DNA of 64,000 bases from Octopus sinensis (GCF_006345805.1 NC_043001.1:2046001-2110000); one strand, 5' to 3'; shown: positions 1-11,334, counted from the stretch's first letter. Translations and numbers: made by a program. The notes: a model not told the origin generated them from the letters alone.

Positions 1-169
1 GAGGAGATGATTTTGAGAGATGAGGGAGAGGAAAGTGAGAAAAAGAAATGAAAGGAAAATCTGAGTGCTAATACATGAAATATTGCATAGAAGTGATGTG
101 TGTGTGTGTGTGTGTGTGTGTACAGGTATATATGCACACATATATATTTATTTGTATGACATATATATA

Positions 170-490
170 GGTGTGGCACGTAAAAAACACCATTCGAGTG
201 GGATCGTTACAAGCGTCACCTTACTGGCACTTGTGCCGGTGTGCAGGTGACATGTAAAGAGAAAAGAAAAGAAAGAAAACACGATTTTTTCGTGGCTGTT
301 GCCAGTACTGCCTGACTGGACATAGTGCTGGTGGCACATAAAAGCACCCACTACACTCTCAGAGTGGTTGGCATGAGGAAGGGCAGATCAAGATTGGAGC
401 CCAGTGCAGCCATCTGGTTTGTCAGTCCTCAGTCAAATCATCCAACCCATGCTAGCGTGGAAAGCGGACGTTAAACGACGATGATGATAT
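170..490 (+). mobile_element. RTE-clade LINE 3' UTR fragment ending in (GAT)n
   Basis: GGTGGCACGTAAAAA.CACC motifs and CCAACCCATGCTAGC.TGGAAA.CGGACGTTAAA(TGA)n tail. The same tail follows RTE ORF ends at 6936 and 20155. Confidence 0.8.
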
Positions 491-633
491 ATATACATAT
501 ACACATGCATACATATATATATATATACATATACGTATACATAAGTGTGTGCATGCATGTGTATATATATACATATACACACACATACATACATACACAC
601 ACATATATATATGTATATGTTTACATATGTAAG

Positions 634-783
634 CATCATCATCATCATCATCATCGTTTAGCGTCCGTTTTCCATGCTAGCATGGGTTGGACGGTTCTAC
701 TGGGGTCTGTGAAGCCAGAAGGCTTCATCAGGCCCAGTCAAATCTGGCAGTGTTTCTACGGCTGGATGCCCTTCCTAACGCCA
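634..783 (-). mobile_element. RTE LINE 3' tail, 5'-truncated
   Basis: Reverse complement of the same tail, (CAT)n CGTTTAGCGTCCGTTTTCCATGCTAGCATGGGTTGGACGG, flanked by TA-rich repeats. Confidence 0.8.
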
Positions 784-785
784 AG

Positions 786-841
<56 letters not shown>

Positions 842-1058
842 CATCCAATAATACTATACTTGTTCCACGTCCTCATGTTGTTGTGTTTTCTCTTTCTGTT
901 TTCATGTTTGGATTAACTATATATATACCTCGAACACACAAGTGCAAACAAGGGAGTCAGAGAAAGGCAGAATGCCACTTAAATCTGAACACTACTATAG
1001 AAATATTCTTTTAAGAAAACTTTTCTTCTAATTTTTCTAAATTTAATTATTTAATCGT

Positions 1059-1100
1059 TACAGTTGAAAAGGTCTCAAAATGACCGAAACCGGTACTGAA
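1059..1100 (+). ncRNA. Degenerate minimal type I hammerhead ribozyme (Penelope-like)
   Basis: CAG-ttgaaaa-GGTC tcaaaat GACC-GAAAC-CG-GTA-CTG: stem I CAG/CTG, stem II GGTC/GACC, palindromic ACCGGT, GUA site. The CUGANGA box has 2 substitutions. Confidence 0.55.
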
Positions 1101-1154
1101 ATGTTCACTATAAAATTATTTTAGCATTTTCTATTTTTTACTTGTTTTTTCATA

Positions 1155-1225
<71 letters not shown>

Positions 1226-1254
1226 ATATGTGTGTGTATATATGTTCGTAATTA

Positions 1255-1470
1255 TTGGTCTCAAATTTTGGCCCAAAGCCAGCAAGTTTAGGGAAATGGT
1301 TAGTTGATTATAGCAACCCCAATACTCAACTGGTATACATTTTATCGAACCTGAAAGGAAGAAAGGCAAAGTCAACCTTGACAGAATTTGAACTCAGAAC
1401 ATAAAGATGGACGAAATACCACTAAGCATTTACCTCAGCATGCCAACGATTCTGCCAGCTTACCATTTTC
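1255..1470 (-). mobile_element. tRNA-derived SINE, family A
   Basis: Reverse complement of the 51277-51510 element (GAGTTCAAATTC B box, GACTTTGCCTTT central domain). Confidence 0.75.
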
Positions 1471-1589
1471 ACAGTTCATAATATTGAGAACAAAAACAAA
1501 AAAAACTCCAGAAGAATGCAAATACCTTATGGCAAAGCTGACTGATGCAGCTTCAACTGTGAACTCAAATCATTTTAGGTAGAACAAAG

Positions 1590-1638
1590 TGGGCATATGG
1601 TGTAGTGGTTAAAAGTGACCTGAATAATAATAATAATA

Positions 1639-1703
<65 letters not shown>

Positions 1704-1880
1704 GTAATAATAATAACAATAATAATAATAACAACAACATCAAAAAATACTTTAAGAATGAGAACCCAGGTTCGAAATTTTCCTAAGACACTTGATGAAG
1801 GCTGGAGGGTATATCAGCTGAAACGTGTTAACAACAGACAAGATGAGGACAAATATTCGTCAGATGTAAATATAATGTAG
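1590..1880 (+). mobile_element. Composite element: truncated tRNA-like head, (AAT)n, hammerhead cassette
   Basis: GGGCATATGGTGTAGTGG head, (AAT)n at 1623-1740, then GAGAACCCAGGTTCGAAATTT..GACAC-ttgatga-AGGCTGGAGGGTATATCAGCT-GAAACG. Same order as 8161-9155. Confidence 0.7.
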
Positions 1881-1943
1881 ATATGTAGATAGAATACCTT
1901 TCAATATAATAAACATACCGATTTTAATTTTATAAAGACAATG

Positions 1944-2032
1944 TTAACAGTTACTTTGAAGTTTTGGTTATGTGGCTTTCATCAGACAGTTTTATGAAAG
2001 CTACAAATCTGAAACTTTGAAGAAATTGTCAA
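1944..2032. repeat. Inverted pair of decayed hammerhead-like motifs
   Basis: Minus arm CTGATGAAAGCCACATAACCAAAACTTCAAAGTAACTGT; plus arm ACAGT-TTTATGAAAGCTACAAATCTGAAACTTTGAAGAAATTGT. Both can derive from GAAAC-TTCGAA-GTA by CpG decay on opposite strands. Confidence 0.45.
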
Positions 2033-2049
2033 CCCCTTCGTAGTGACCT

Positions 2050-2488
2050 GTCAGTCCAAGTGAGATCGTAGTCATGGCTGATGCTGGTGTTTTATAACTG
2101 GCACCCATGCTGAGGGCTTGTAAAATGCACCCACTACACTCTTGGAGTGGTTAGTGGTAGGAAGGGCATCTAGCCATAGAAACCATGCCAAATCAGATTG
2201 GAGCCTGGTGAAGCTCCCCAACTGACCAGTTTTCAGTCAAACTGTCCACCTCATGCCAGCATGGAAAACGGACCATAAAGGATGATGAGGATCAGGAGGA
2301 TATCATCATCATCGTTTAACGTCCGTTCTCCATGCTAGCATGGGTTGGACGGTTCGACCGGGGTTCTGGGAAGCCAGAAGGCTGCACCAGGCTCCAGTCA
2401 GATCTGGCAATGTTTCTACAGCTGGATGCCCTTCCTAACGCCAACCACTCCGTGAGTGTAGTGGGTGCTTTTTACGTGCCACCTGCAC
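2050..2488. mobile_element. Two RTE 3' tails, tail-to-tail (+ about 2050-2295, - about 2303-2488)
   Basis: Same tail consensus on both strands, meeting at a GAT/ATC run. Confidence 0.75.
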
Positions 2489-2567
2489 ATATATATATAG
2501 ATATATAATAGAAATATTAAAATTACTAAGTCTCTATAAGAATGCCATATTAATATGGCGATAACAA

Positions 2568-2630
<63 letters not shown>

Positions 2631-2890
2631 TATGGGGTAGTTATCTCCCCTGTCAATGTACAGCTATTGTGCTCTTCTTACAGCATTAAGAGTCTTTAAC
2701 TCTTATTTCCAGCAATAATGGTGCTTTGGTACCCTCAGTCACCTTTAGTGATGATTAAACTTTTCCTTTATGGTATTATATTGTGCCTAGCTGCTTACAT
2801 TAATTTACACACACACACACACACACAATTGTGTGTGTGTATATAAATACATGCACACATATATATATATATACACACACAAATATGTAA

Positions 2891-2925
<35 letters not shown>

Positions 2926-4729
2926 CACATTTGTATGTCTACAAAATTACATTGCAGTGTCAGTAATATTTGTAAATGCTGCTGTTCTCATCTTAGAATC
3001 ATCTAAAATTATGTAAACGAATAAATAAATTTGAAAATTCAGAAAATGAAAAATATATTAAAAACTAAGAGATAACAAAATATATAACAAAAATATTAAA
3101 AAAAAACTGAAAAATAACAAAAGATAAAGAATATATAAAAAAAAGAAAAGATAATGATTGAATAGGGAAATGTCAGTTGATTAAAAATTGTTAAATAACA
3201 TGAATAAATGTAGAAAATTAGAAAATAACATTATTTCTGATCAATGTTCTCTATCTGCATGTTATTTTTTGAAAATAATTTATATTTCATCGATGTTATT
3301 TCTGTTGATTTTTTAGTTTTCGGCTTTCGGCTTTTGAAAGGTTAAAATATCTATTTTATTTTAAACATGCATGGTTAGGGAGATTGAGTTGAAATTATTT
3401 GTTGATTAAAATGAATTAATTGAATTAATATAATGGTTTTAAAAAAATATACACACACAAAACCAAACTCATTTTGATTTAGGATTTATCGCTGTTTCGA
3501 TGGAATTACTAATTTTTAACTATTCCATTCATCTTAAAATGGTAGAAAATTTTGAGCTTATGAACAGATATAATTTATAAGCTATGCAAGAGATTTGTTT
3601 CTTTTGAATTAATGTAAAAGATTTCCTTGATATTCTAGCTTTCGAATTTCTATGAAAAGAAAAATTATTCATTTCAATTTATCCATCTGTTTATAGATTT
3701 AATATTTATTTACGTTAAAAATCTTCAGTTTTGCATTTAATTCTGAAATTAGTTGAATGATTTACAATATTTAGAAATCAGTAACTTTCTTAAGAAAGAA
3801 AACTTTGTTTTGATATAATGAAATATAAGCAATGAGTATTAATGAGTAAAACAACTTGAAACACCACAGAACTAGACTCAAGGTCTAACTAGGAGTTCAA
3901 ACCTTATCAAATCAAATATCTTATATTTTTTCCATGGTCATCATTCATAACCCTTTTTTTTCTCATTAATGCTGGCACAAATTTCTTTTGTATCCACAAA
4001 TTAAATTATGCACAGTCAAAAAGAAAAATAGCATTAAAACAACATGAAAGAATTAACAACCAAATTTTCATTAAATCACAACCTACTCTCTTATAAAAGT
4101 GAATAATACATTATTAATATCATTGGTACCCCTAAAATTGATGGTACAGTGTCATTTGAGATAGATTCGGAAATTATTTCTAACAGGTGAGCAATCCTGT
4201 TGAAGCTCCCTCACAAATTTAAAGAAATTCTTGTTTAAAAGACTCACGGGAGGTTCTGAAGTTTCTTAGAATTTATTTTCCTGTATTTGAAAGAGACAAA
4301 ATAAATGTTGCAATGGCTAAGCACATGTTCTCTATCACATGATATTCCCAGAAGATTTGGAGCCAAATTCCAACAGTTCCATATGCCATTCAACATAGAA
4401 ATAGCATGTGGGAGTGAGATGAAAGATTTGGAAAAAATATCAAAGAATATTTTTCTTTTTTTCTCATGGATGAAGACATGAATGTGTGATTTAAAATTTT
4501 AGTTTGCAGCCATCAAGTTTTGGATTCAATTGCTGTATGCAGCTGCTTAGGAAAGCGTATGTGACCATAGCTTCAAATTATTAAACGATGTATAACTAGA
4601 ATCCGGTTGACAGAAGGTGTGCATGTATATACATGTATATGTATACATTCTGCTCTATATGTCTTAACTTTTTCTTATAAAACTTATATCTATTTATAAA
4701 CATTGTTCTCTACAAAGTCATTTGCCTGC

Positions 4730-4868
4730 CTTCTGATGAAGATGACACGACTTCACACCATATATCTTTCAAAATTCATGCAAGCCAACCAACCTACGTT
4801 AATGGATCTGGTTGTGTAATATACATTGTTATGGCACCAGTAATCAATTATCTGAAACAGCTGTAAAG
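4730..4868 (+). ncRNA. Type I hammerhead ribozyme with about 100-nt stem II insertion
   Basis: CTT(4730-32)-CTGATGA(4733-39)-AGATGA...TTATCT(4848-53)-GAAAC(4854-58)-AGCT-GTA(4863-65)-AAG, then ATTAAA. Core intact, palindromic ACAGCTGT. Confidence 0.6.
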
Positions 4869-5173
4869 ATTAAACTTTATTTGTATCTACAACTTTCAAT
4901 GAGAATACATGCCTTATCACTACATTTGTTTGTCTTTTCTGCTTCTATTCGTATGTGTGTGTGTACGTGGGAGAGAGAAAGAGAGAGAGAGAGTGGTAGA
5001 CAGACAGAAAGAGCGTGTGTGCACATGTATATATACATACATATTTACATATATAAATATATATATGTGTGTATGTATTGTGTATGTATATATATATATA
5101 TATCTATATCTATACACACACACACACACATATATATACACATAAACATAGACACGTATATAATATATAATTA

Positions 5174-6455
5174 TCGGGCTGAGGAATAATTCAAGAGTGA
5201 TCTTTTCAAATTTATTTTAAACAAAAAAACTACAACAAATTAATCAATAATATACTCTCTGCTGTTGTTTATGACTTCCTCTCATCATTCAATAAGTTTT
5301 TGATGCGTCAGCAATAGAAATTTCCTGGTCCTGACTCAAAGAATTCGTCCAACCAAGTCCCCAATTCTACATCATTATTGAATGATATACACACAAGACA
5401 TTCGAAAGCAGTTGAAAGAGATGAAAATCTGACGGAGCCAAGTTTAGAGAGTATGGAGGATGAGGCGACACTTCTCATTCGAGTTCTTGAATCGCAGGTT
5501 TGGTCATATTGAGGACAGGCATTGTTGTGCTGCAGAAGAATTCCATTTCACCTATTCGTTCTTTTTTGCTGAATTACTTTGTTGAGTTGGTGCAGTTGTT
5601 GAATGTATAACTCCACATTGAGTGTTTAGCTATGCTCAAGTCGTTCATAATGAATTATGCCTTCTCAGTCCAACCATACATACAACATGGTATTTCAATG
5701 ATGAAGGTCTTGTTTTGCTCCCGGAGTTGCTGGTTTGTCGGGGCTGAGCCATTCTTTTTGCTGCTTCATATTGATGTAAAGGCACCAATATTCATTGCCA
5801 GTGACAATGTTGTAAAGAAAATGCTGTTTGTGACCATGTGTTGAGCAATGTCGTGTGAGTAAACTGGCGATGATTGTGGAGCATTGATTTTTGTTGTTCT
5901 TGCTCAAAGTGTGTGGCACCCAATCTCCATGTTTCTGAACCTTGCCCATTGAGTGAACGTGGTTCAGCACAGTTTTCTTTTTTTTATCAAACTCCATCTG
6001 CTCCACCAATCCCCTGGTCGTTTGATGTGATTTTTCCTGAAGAAGTTGATTCAATGACTCTTCATTGAACTCAGTTGGCCAGCCAGTGTGTGATCCGTGC
6101 TTGAGGTCAAGATTCCCCTTTTTGAAGCATGGAAACCAACAGCAGATGGTATTTTAAGGTATTGCTCCTTCTCCATACACAACATGAATCTCATGAACAG
6201 CTTCAGTGGCCTTAACACCTCGATTAGATACAAAAAGCAAATGGAGTCAAAAATACTCAGTTTTGTCCACTTGACATTCCCTTTTAATTATCTGAAAATA
6301 GACAAAAATCAGTAAAAATTAAAAATCAAAAGACACTGTCTTGTAGAGCAAGAAATTCTCTTTTAAATAACATAAAACATTTTGCCAATGTGTTTTATTT
6401 CTGTGTGCATTTTTAAATTTGTAATAAAACGCTCATGAATTATTCCTCAACCCAA
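5174..6455 (-). mobile_element. Full-length decayed mariner transposon (about 1.28 kb)
   Basis: TIRs TCGGGCTGAGGAATAATTCAAGAG and revcomp TTGGGTTGAGGAATAATTCATGAG, TA on both sides. Minus-strand WVPHTL, IVTGNEYW and PHPPYSLNLAPSDFHLF motifs with stops and frameshifts. Confidence 0.93.
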
Positions 6456-6632
6456 TATGTGGATCTGAATATATGTGTATACAGATGTGTGTGTGTGTGT
6501 GCATGTGTGCAGGTATGTACGTGTACTGTGTGGCTGTATGTCAATTAGTCTGCAATGTTTAAGCTGGTCAGTTCAAAAGCTCTACCTCTGTCCTGCCTCT
6601 GTCAAGCCACAAATTGCTCCCCAACTAAAAAA

Positions 6633-6832
6633 ATTTCTGAAGGAATAAAGGGTGCATTATGCCGCCTTCTCATCAGGAAAGACAAGGAACTTATGTCAGC
6701 ATCATGACGAACAAAAACTTTTAGATGACTGCCCACACGGAGTCCATAGTGATAATGTCATGATGCTGACATAGGTTCCTTGCCTTTCCTGATGAGAAGG
6801 CGGCATAATGCACCCTTTATTCCTTCGGAATT
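6633..6832. repeat. Long inverted repeat (about 75-bp arms, about 50-bp spacer); inverted partial copy of a hammerhead-bearing terminal repeat
   Basis: GAAGGAATAAAGGGTGCATTATGCCGCCTTCTCATCAGGAAAG..ATGTCAGCATCATGAC mirrored by GTCATGATGCTGACAT..CTTTCCTGATGAGAAGGCGGCATAATGCACCCTTTATTCCTTC. Confidence 0.9.
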
Positions 6833-6865
6833 AGGAATATGCTGTCTTTGAAACATATGTCGAGA
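6785..6865 (+). ncRNA. Intact type I hammerhead ribozyme with long stem II
   Basis: TTTC-CTGATGA(6789-95)-GAAGGCGGCATA..TATGCTGTCTTT (12 bp including GU pairs)-GAAAC(6850-54)-ATAT-GTC(6859-61)-GAGA. Palindromic ACATATGT; AATAAA at 6865-70. Confidence 0.8.
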
Positions 6866-6935
6866 ATAAAGGAATTTTGTTAAATCGTTGTTCAACTCCA
6901 TTCTTTCATTTATTTATATATAAATATATATATAT

Positions 6936-7532
6936 AGACCCAGGAAAACCTGGGACGAGGTGGTAAAGCACGACCTTCGAACTTTAGGTCTCACCAAGGA
7001 AATGACTAGAGACTGAGACCTATGGAAGTATGCTGTGTGTGAGAAGACCTGGCAAGACCAGTGAGAACAGTCAAAATCAAACCAAATCAACATCAGTGGA
7101 AATTGCAGCTGTGGTTAAGCGAACCATCCGATTGTTTGACCGTTGCCAGCCTCGCCTGGCCCCCGTGCCGTTGGCACGTAAAAGCACCATCCGCTCGTGT
7201 TCGTTACCAGCCTCGCCTGGCCCCCGTGTCGGTAGCACGTAAAAGCACCATCTGTTCATGTCCGTTGCCAGCCTCGCCTGGCCCCCGTGCCGGTGGCGCG
7301 TAAAAACACCATCCGTTCATGGCCGTTTGCCAGCTCTGTCTGGCACCTGTGCAGGTGGCATGTAAAAAGCACCCACTACACTCACGGAGTGGTTGGCATT
7401 AGGAAGGGCATCCAGCCGTAGTAACACTGCCAAATCTGACTGGGCCTTATGAAACCTTCCGGCTTCACAGACCCCAGTTAAACCGTCCAACCCATGCTAG
7501 CATGGAAAACGGACGTTAAATGATGATGATGA

Positions 7533-7535
<3 letters not shown>
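6936..7535 (+). mobile_element. RTE LINE 3' end (ORF C-terminus plus 3' UTR)
   Basis: RPRKTWDEVVKHDLRTLGLTKEMTRD*DLWKYAV, four tandem GGTGGCACGTAAAAGCACC-type units, (GAT)n tail, flanked by (TA)n. Confidence 0.88.
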
Positions 7536-7597
<62 letters not shown>

Positions 7598-8009
7598 CAC
7601 ACGATGGATTACTTTTTCAGTTACCATCCAACCATCCACTAAATTCACTCTTGCATCTTTGATTGACCTGAGGCCATAAGAAACTTGCTCAAGGCATTGT
7701 TCAGTGGGACTGAGCTTGAAGCTAAATGGTTGGGAAATGAATTTCTTCAACCTGCAGCCATGCCTTTGCCTTCTAGCCATGCCAGTGCCATTAAAGAAAA
7801 TTGTGTGAAGTGAAAAATCTCTCACCAGAGATCAATATTTCAAGTCAGTGATTGGAGATGTTAATTTATTGAATCTGATAAGCTGAAGCAATTGTCATTG
7901 ATATGTGGTTAGCTAATATGCAATTACTTATCTCACTCACTCTCACAGAATAAATAGATAACCATTTTTTATTGATGTGAGGCTGTGTAACTGATAGACA
8001 AATGTATAA

Positions 8010-8160
8010 CTCTATATTTAAGAAATGAGGAATTATTCACATTATTTACATTATTTACATTTGACGGATATTTGTCCTCATCTTGTTTGTTGCTAACACA
8101 AAGTTTCGGCTGATATACCCTCCAGCCTCCGTCAGGTATGTTGGGGAAATTTCGAACCTA
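8010..8160 (-). mobile_element. Inverted partial copy of the hammerhead cassette
   Basis: Revcomp reads GGTTCGAAATTTCCCCAACATAC-CTGACGG-AGGCTGGAGGGTATATCAGCC-GAAACTTTGTGTT..(TGTAAATAA)n. It directly abuts the forward element at 8161. Confidence 0.8.
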
Positions 8161-8243
8161 TGGACATATGGTGTAATGGTTAAGAGCGTGGGCTATTAAC
8201 CCCAATATTCTGAGTTTGATTCCAAGCAGTGACTTGAATAATA

Positions 8244-8338
<95 letters not shown>

Positions 8339-8341
8339 TAA

Positions 8342-8900
8342 TAAATGCCCTGATGCAGTACCAGGCAGTGGCTCTCATGGCTTCTGATCTTAACTGATTG
8401 GAAGTGTTATCATGTACATTGTTTTGTCTTGGTATAAAAGATGGGCTACAGCAAATATTCTGCTCAATACCACAGATTTGCTTGTCAGTTGTTTGACCTT
8501 AACCAGTTGAGCATGTCCCTTGGTGGCTGATGATATGTGCATCTCTGATCATGAGCAGAAGTAGTGGGGGAGCATCATAGCCATGTGTTGAGAGGGATTC
8601 TTTGGGGTTTGAATAATTCACCTCTGGAAACATGGGTGGTTCTTTCAACATCCTTAAACAACCCTTATTCAGGGACCGTTTGAGCGGGATGGGCTACTCA
8701 ACCTGAAGAAAATTCTAACTGTGCCCCACCTGCAAGGTCATGTGCTGTTTATCTTGATATGAGATCACCATGTTGCGCACATATGGTTGTGATGCATGTG
8801 CCTGGTGTAACCTTATCAGACGGGTAGTCATGATGGGTATATTGGGCTTCGAATATTTTACCCCAGTGTCATTTTGATGGCATGAACTGCTCTCTCACTC
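8342..8900. mobile_element. Unclassified interspersed repeat (about 560 bp) inside (AAT)n
   Basis: ATGCAGTACCAGGCAGTGGC..CTTCTGATCTTAACTGATTGG.. is highly similar to 32618-33035; both lie next to (AAT)n. Confidence 0.8.
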
Positions 8901-9035
8901 AATAATAATAATAATAATAGTAATAATAATAATAATAATCATAATAATAATAATAATAATAATAATGATGATGATGATGATAATAAAGTTGAAAAATACC
9001 TTAGGAATGAGAACCCATATTCAAAATTTCCCTAA

Positions 9036-9081
9036 GACACCTGATGAAGTCTGGAGGGTATATCAGCCGAAACGTTGTGTT
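9036..9081 (+). ncRNA. Minimal type I hammerhead ribozyme (dimer type)
   Basis: GACAC-CTGATGA(9041-47)-A-GtCTG gagggtatat CAGCC-GAAAC(9069-73)-GTT-GTGTT. Stem I GACAC/GTGTT, palindromic AACGTT, GUU site. Confidence 0.75.
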
Positions 9082-9872
9082 AACAACAAAGAAGAAAAGG
9101 ACAAATATCTGTCAAATGTAAATAATGTAAATAATGTACATAATGTAAATGTATAGCTCTTACTAACAGGTGGACAGTCAGTAGCATATCCCTTTCATTT
9201 CAACTTTCTAGGATGTGCCTCTTTTATTGGGCTTCTTTGTTTGGCATAATCTCCTATTGTATTTCCAATTCTTTTATTATTTTGCCCATTCTCTTATTTA
9301 TATTGCTGATTCTCTTGTTGTCATCCCCTTGGGGCCATTTAGCAGAGTCCATTCCATTGAAAGCCTTCAGGTCAAGTCTCTTTATTTTAGTTTAGCTTCC
9401 TTGCTGTCTCAACACCTTTCCCCATTTCCAGAGACCCTATAAAAGATCGTTAACAATGCCTTCCATTCTGATTCAAGAAAAGAATATTGAACTCATAGCC
9501 TGATACTCCCACTCCAGCAGGGTAACTCATTAAAGATTTCTTATTGCTTAAGGCTTACCAGCAAATGTCAGCCATCACTGGCTCAACCTGAACAAGCAGT
9601 AATCATTTTGATTTATTAATCTAAGACAACTTGTAATGGCTCTGCACAAGGCTTTATCTTATTCGCACTAAAATCTTAAATCTTGTGCAGCCTGTTCCCA
9701 TTACAAGTTAAATATTCCTGTCTTTGGGAAGATAGGACATATATCTCTTGAGTTTTAGACAGACAAGATCATTTATATTAAGATGGTCCGGTGATGGTTG
9801 CACAACCTGTTTGGATGGATTATCATACTACATTTCTTCCTGGCCTTTGACTTGTGTCACAGGGACAACTGA

Positions 9873-10421
9873 TACATACATACACACATACATACACACA
9901 TACATACACACACACATACATACATACATGCATACATACATACATACACACACACATACATACATGCATACATACATACATACATACACACACATACATA
10001 CATATATACATACATACATACATGCATACATACATACATACACACACACACACATACATACATACACACACATACATACATACATACATACATGCATACA
10101 TACATACATACCTACATACATACATACCTACATACATACATACATACATACATACACACATACATGCATACATACATATACACACACATACATACATACA
10201 TACATACACACACATACATACATACATACATACATACATACATACACACACACACATACATACATACATGCATACATACATGCATGCATACATAGATACA
10301 TACATTCATACATACATATATACATACATACACACACACATACATACACACGCACACACATACATACATGCATACATACATACATACATACATACATACA
10401 CACACACATACATACATACAT
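9873..10421. repeat. (CATA)n/(CA)n compound microsatellite, about 550 bp
   Basis: Read directly from the sequence. Confidence 0.97.
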
Positions 10422-10459
10422 ATGCCAGCTCTTTTTGCCGAACGACCTGTACAAATGAT

Positions 10460-10675
10460 TTGCTTAGAGTGTTCAGATGTATGTGCTGTACATTAGATCT
10501 CTCTCTCTATCGAATCAACGTTGTCTGAACAGGTGCACCCAGGTGTACCAAACTTCAGGTGCCGAAGAGATTGCAGAGCAATGTGAGATGAAAGGTTTTG
10601 CTCAAGAACACAACACACCACAAGTTCTAGGGATTGAAACCATGACCTTATGACCGTGAGTTGGACACCCTAGCC
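10460..10675 (-). mobile_element. SINE-like repeat, family C
   Basis: Revcomp GGTCATGGTTTCAATCCCTAGA..GTTCTTGAGCAAAACCTTTCATCTCAC; a related copy lies at about 44490-44605 (+). Confidence 0.5.
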
Positions 10676-10817
10676 ATATATACCTATACATACACACACA
10701 CACACGCATACAAACATATATATATATATATATATATAATGGGAAGGTTTACGAAAATAGACAAAAGACGAAAGACAAACAAACAAATGTATTAGTATGG
10801 CGCTCAGGAATATGACT

Positions 10818-10900
10818 ATATACACATGCAGACATAGATATACATATACATACATACACACACATATACATAACTATATGTGTGTGTATATATATATATA

Positions 10901-10942
<42 letters not shown>

Positions 10943-10976
10943 ATATCTATATATATATATATTATATATATATATA

Positions 10977-11013
<37 letters not shown>

Positions 11014-11027
11014 ATATATATATAGAT

Positions 11028-11060
<33 letters not shown>

Positions 11061-11292
11061 CCGCTCGTGTCCGTTGCCAGCTCTGTCTGGCACCTGTGCA
11101 GGTGGCACGTAAAAAGCACCCACTACACTCACGGAGTGGTTGGCGTTAGGAAGGGCATCCAGCTGTAGAAACACTACCAAATCTGACTGGGCCTGATGAA
11201 GCCTTCCGGCTTCACAGACCCCAGTTAAACCATCCCACCCATGCTAGCATGGAAAACGGACGCTAAATGATGATGATGATGATGATAATGAT

Positions 11293-11334
<42 letters not shown>

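Larger units (their letters stand above)
8161..9155 (+). mobile_element. Composite tRNA-head / (AAT)n / hammerhead element, interrupted by a 560-bp insertion
   Basis: A box TGGTGTAATGG (8169-79), B box GAGTTTGATTCC (8212-23), (AAT)n, hammerhead at 9036-9081, (TGTAAATAA)n tail. Confidence 0.75.

Noticed and set aside
3481-3540. Minus-strand hammerhead-like motif (ATGGAAT/ATTCCAT stem then CGAAACAGCG)
   Set aside because: The CUGANGA box and cleavage triplet are both broken; possibly a relic but not supportable.
8161-8235. Possible tRNA gene
   Set aside because: A and B boxes are present but there is no complete cloverleaf; treated as a SINE head.
9748-10528. Long ORFs (236, 224, 160 aa) and similar YI/HT/VC-rich ORFs throughout the window
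   Set aside because: Stop-free translations of (CATA)n/(TA)n/(CA)n microsatellites.
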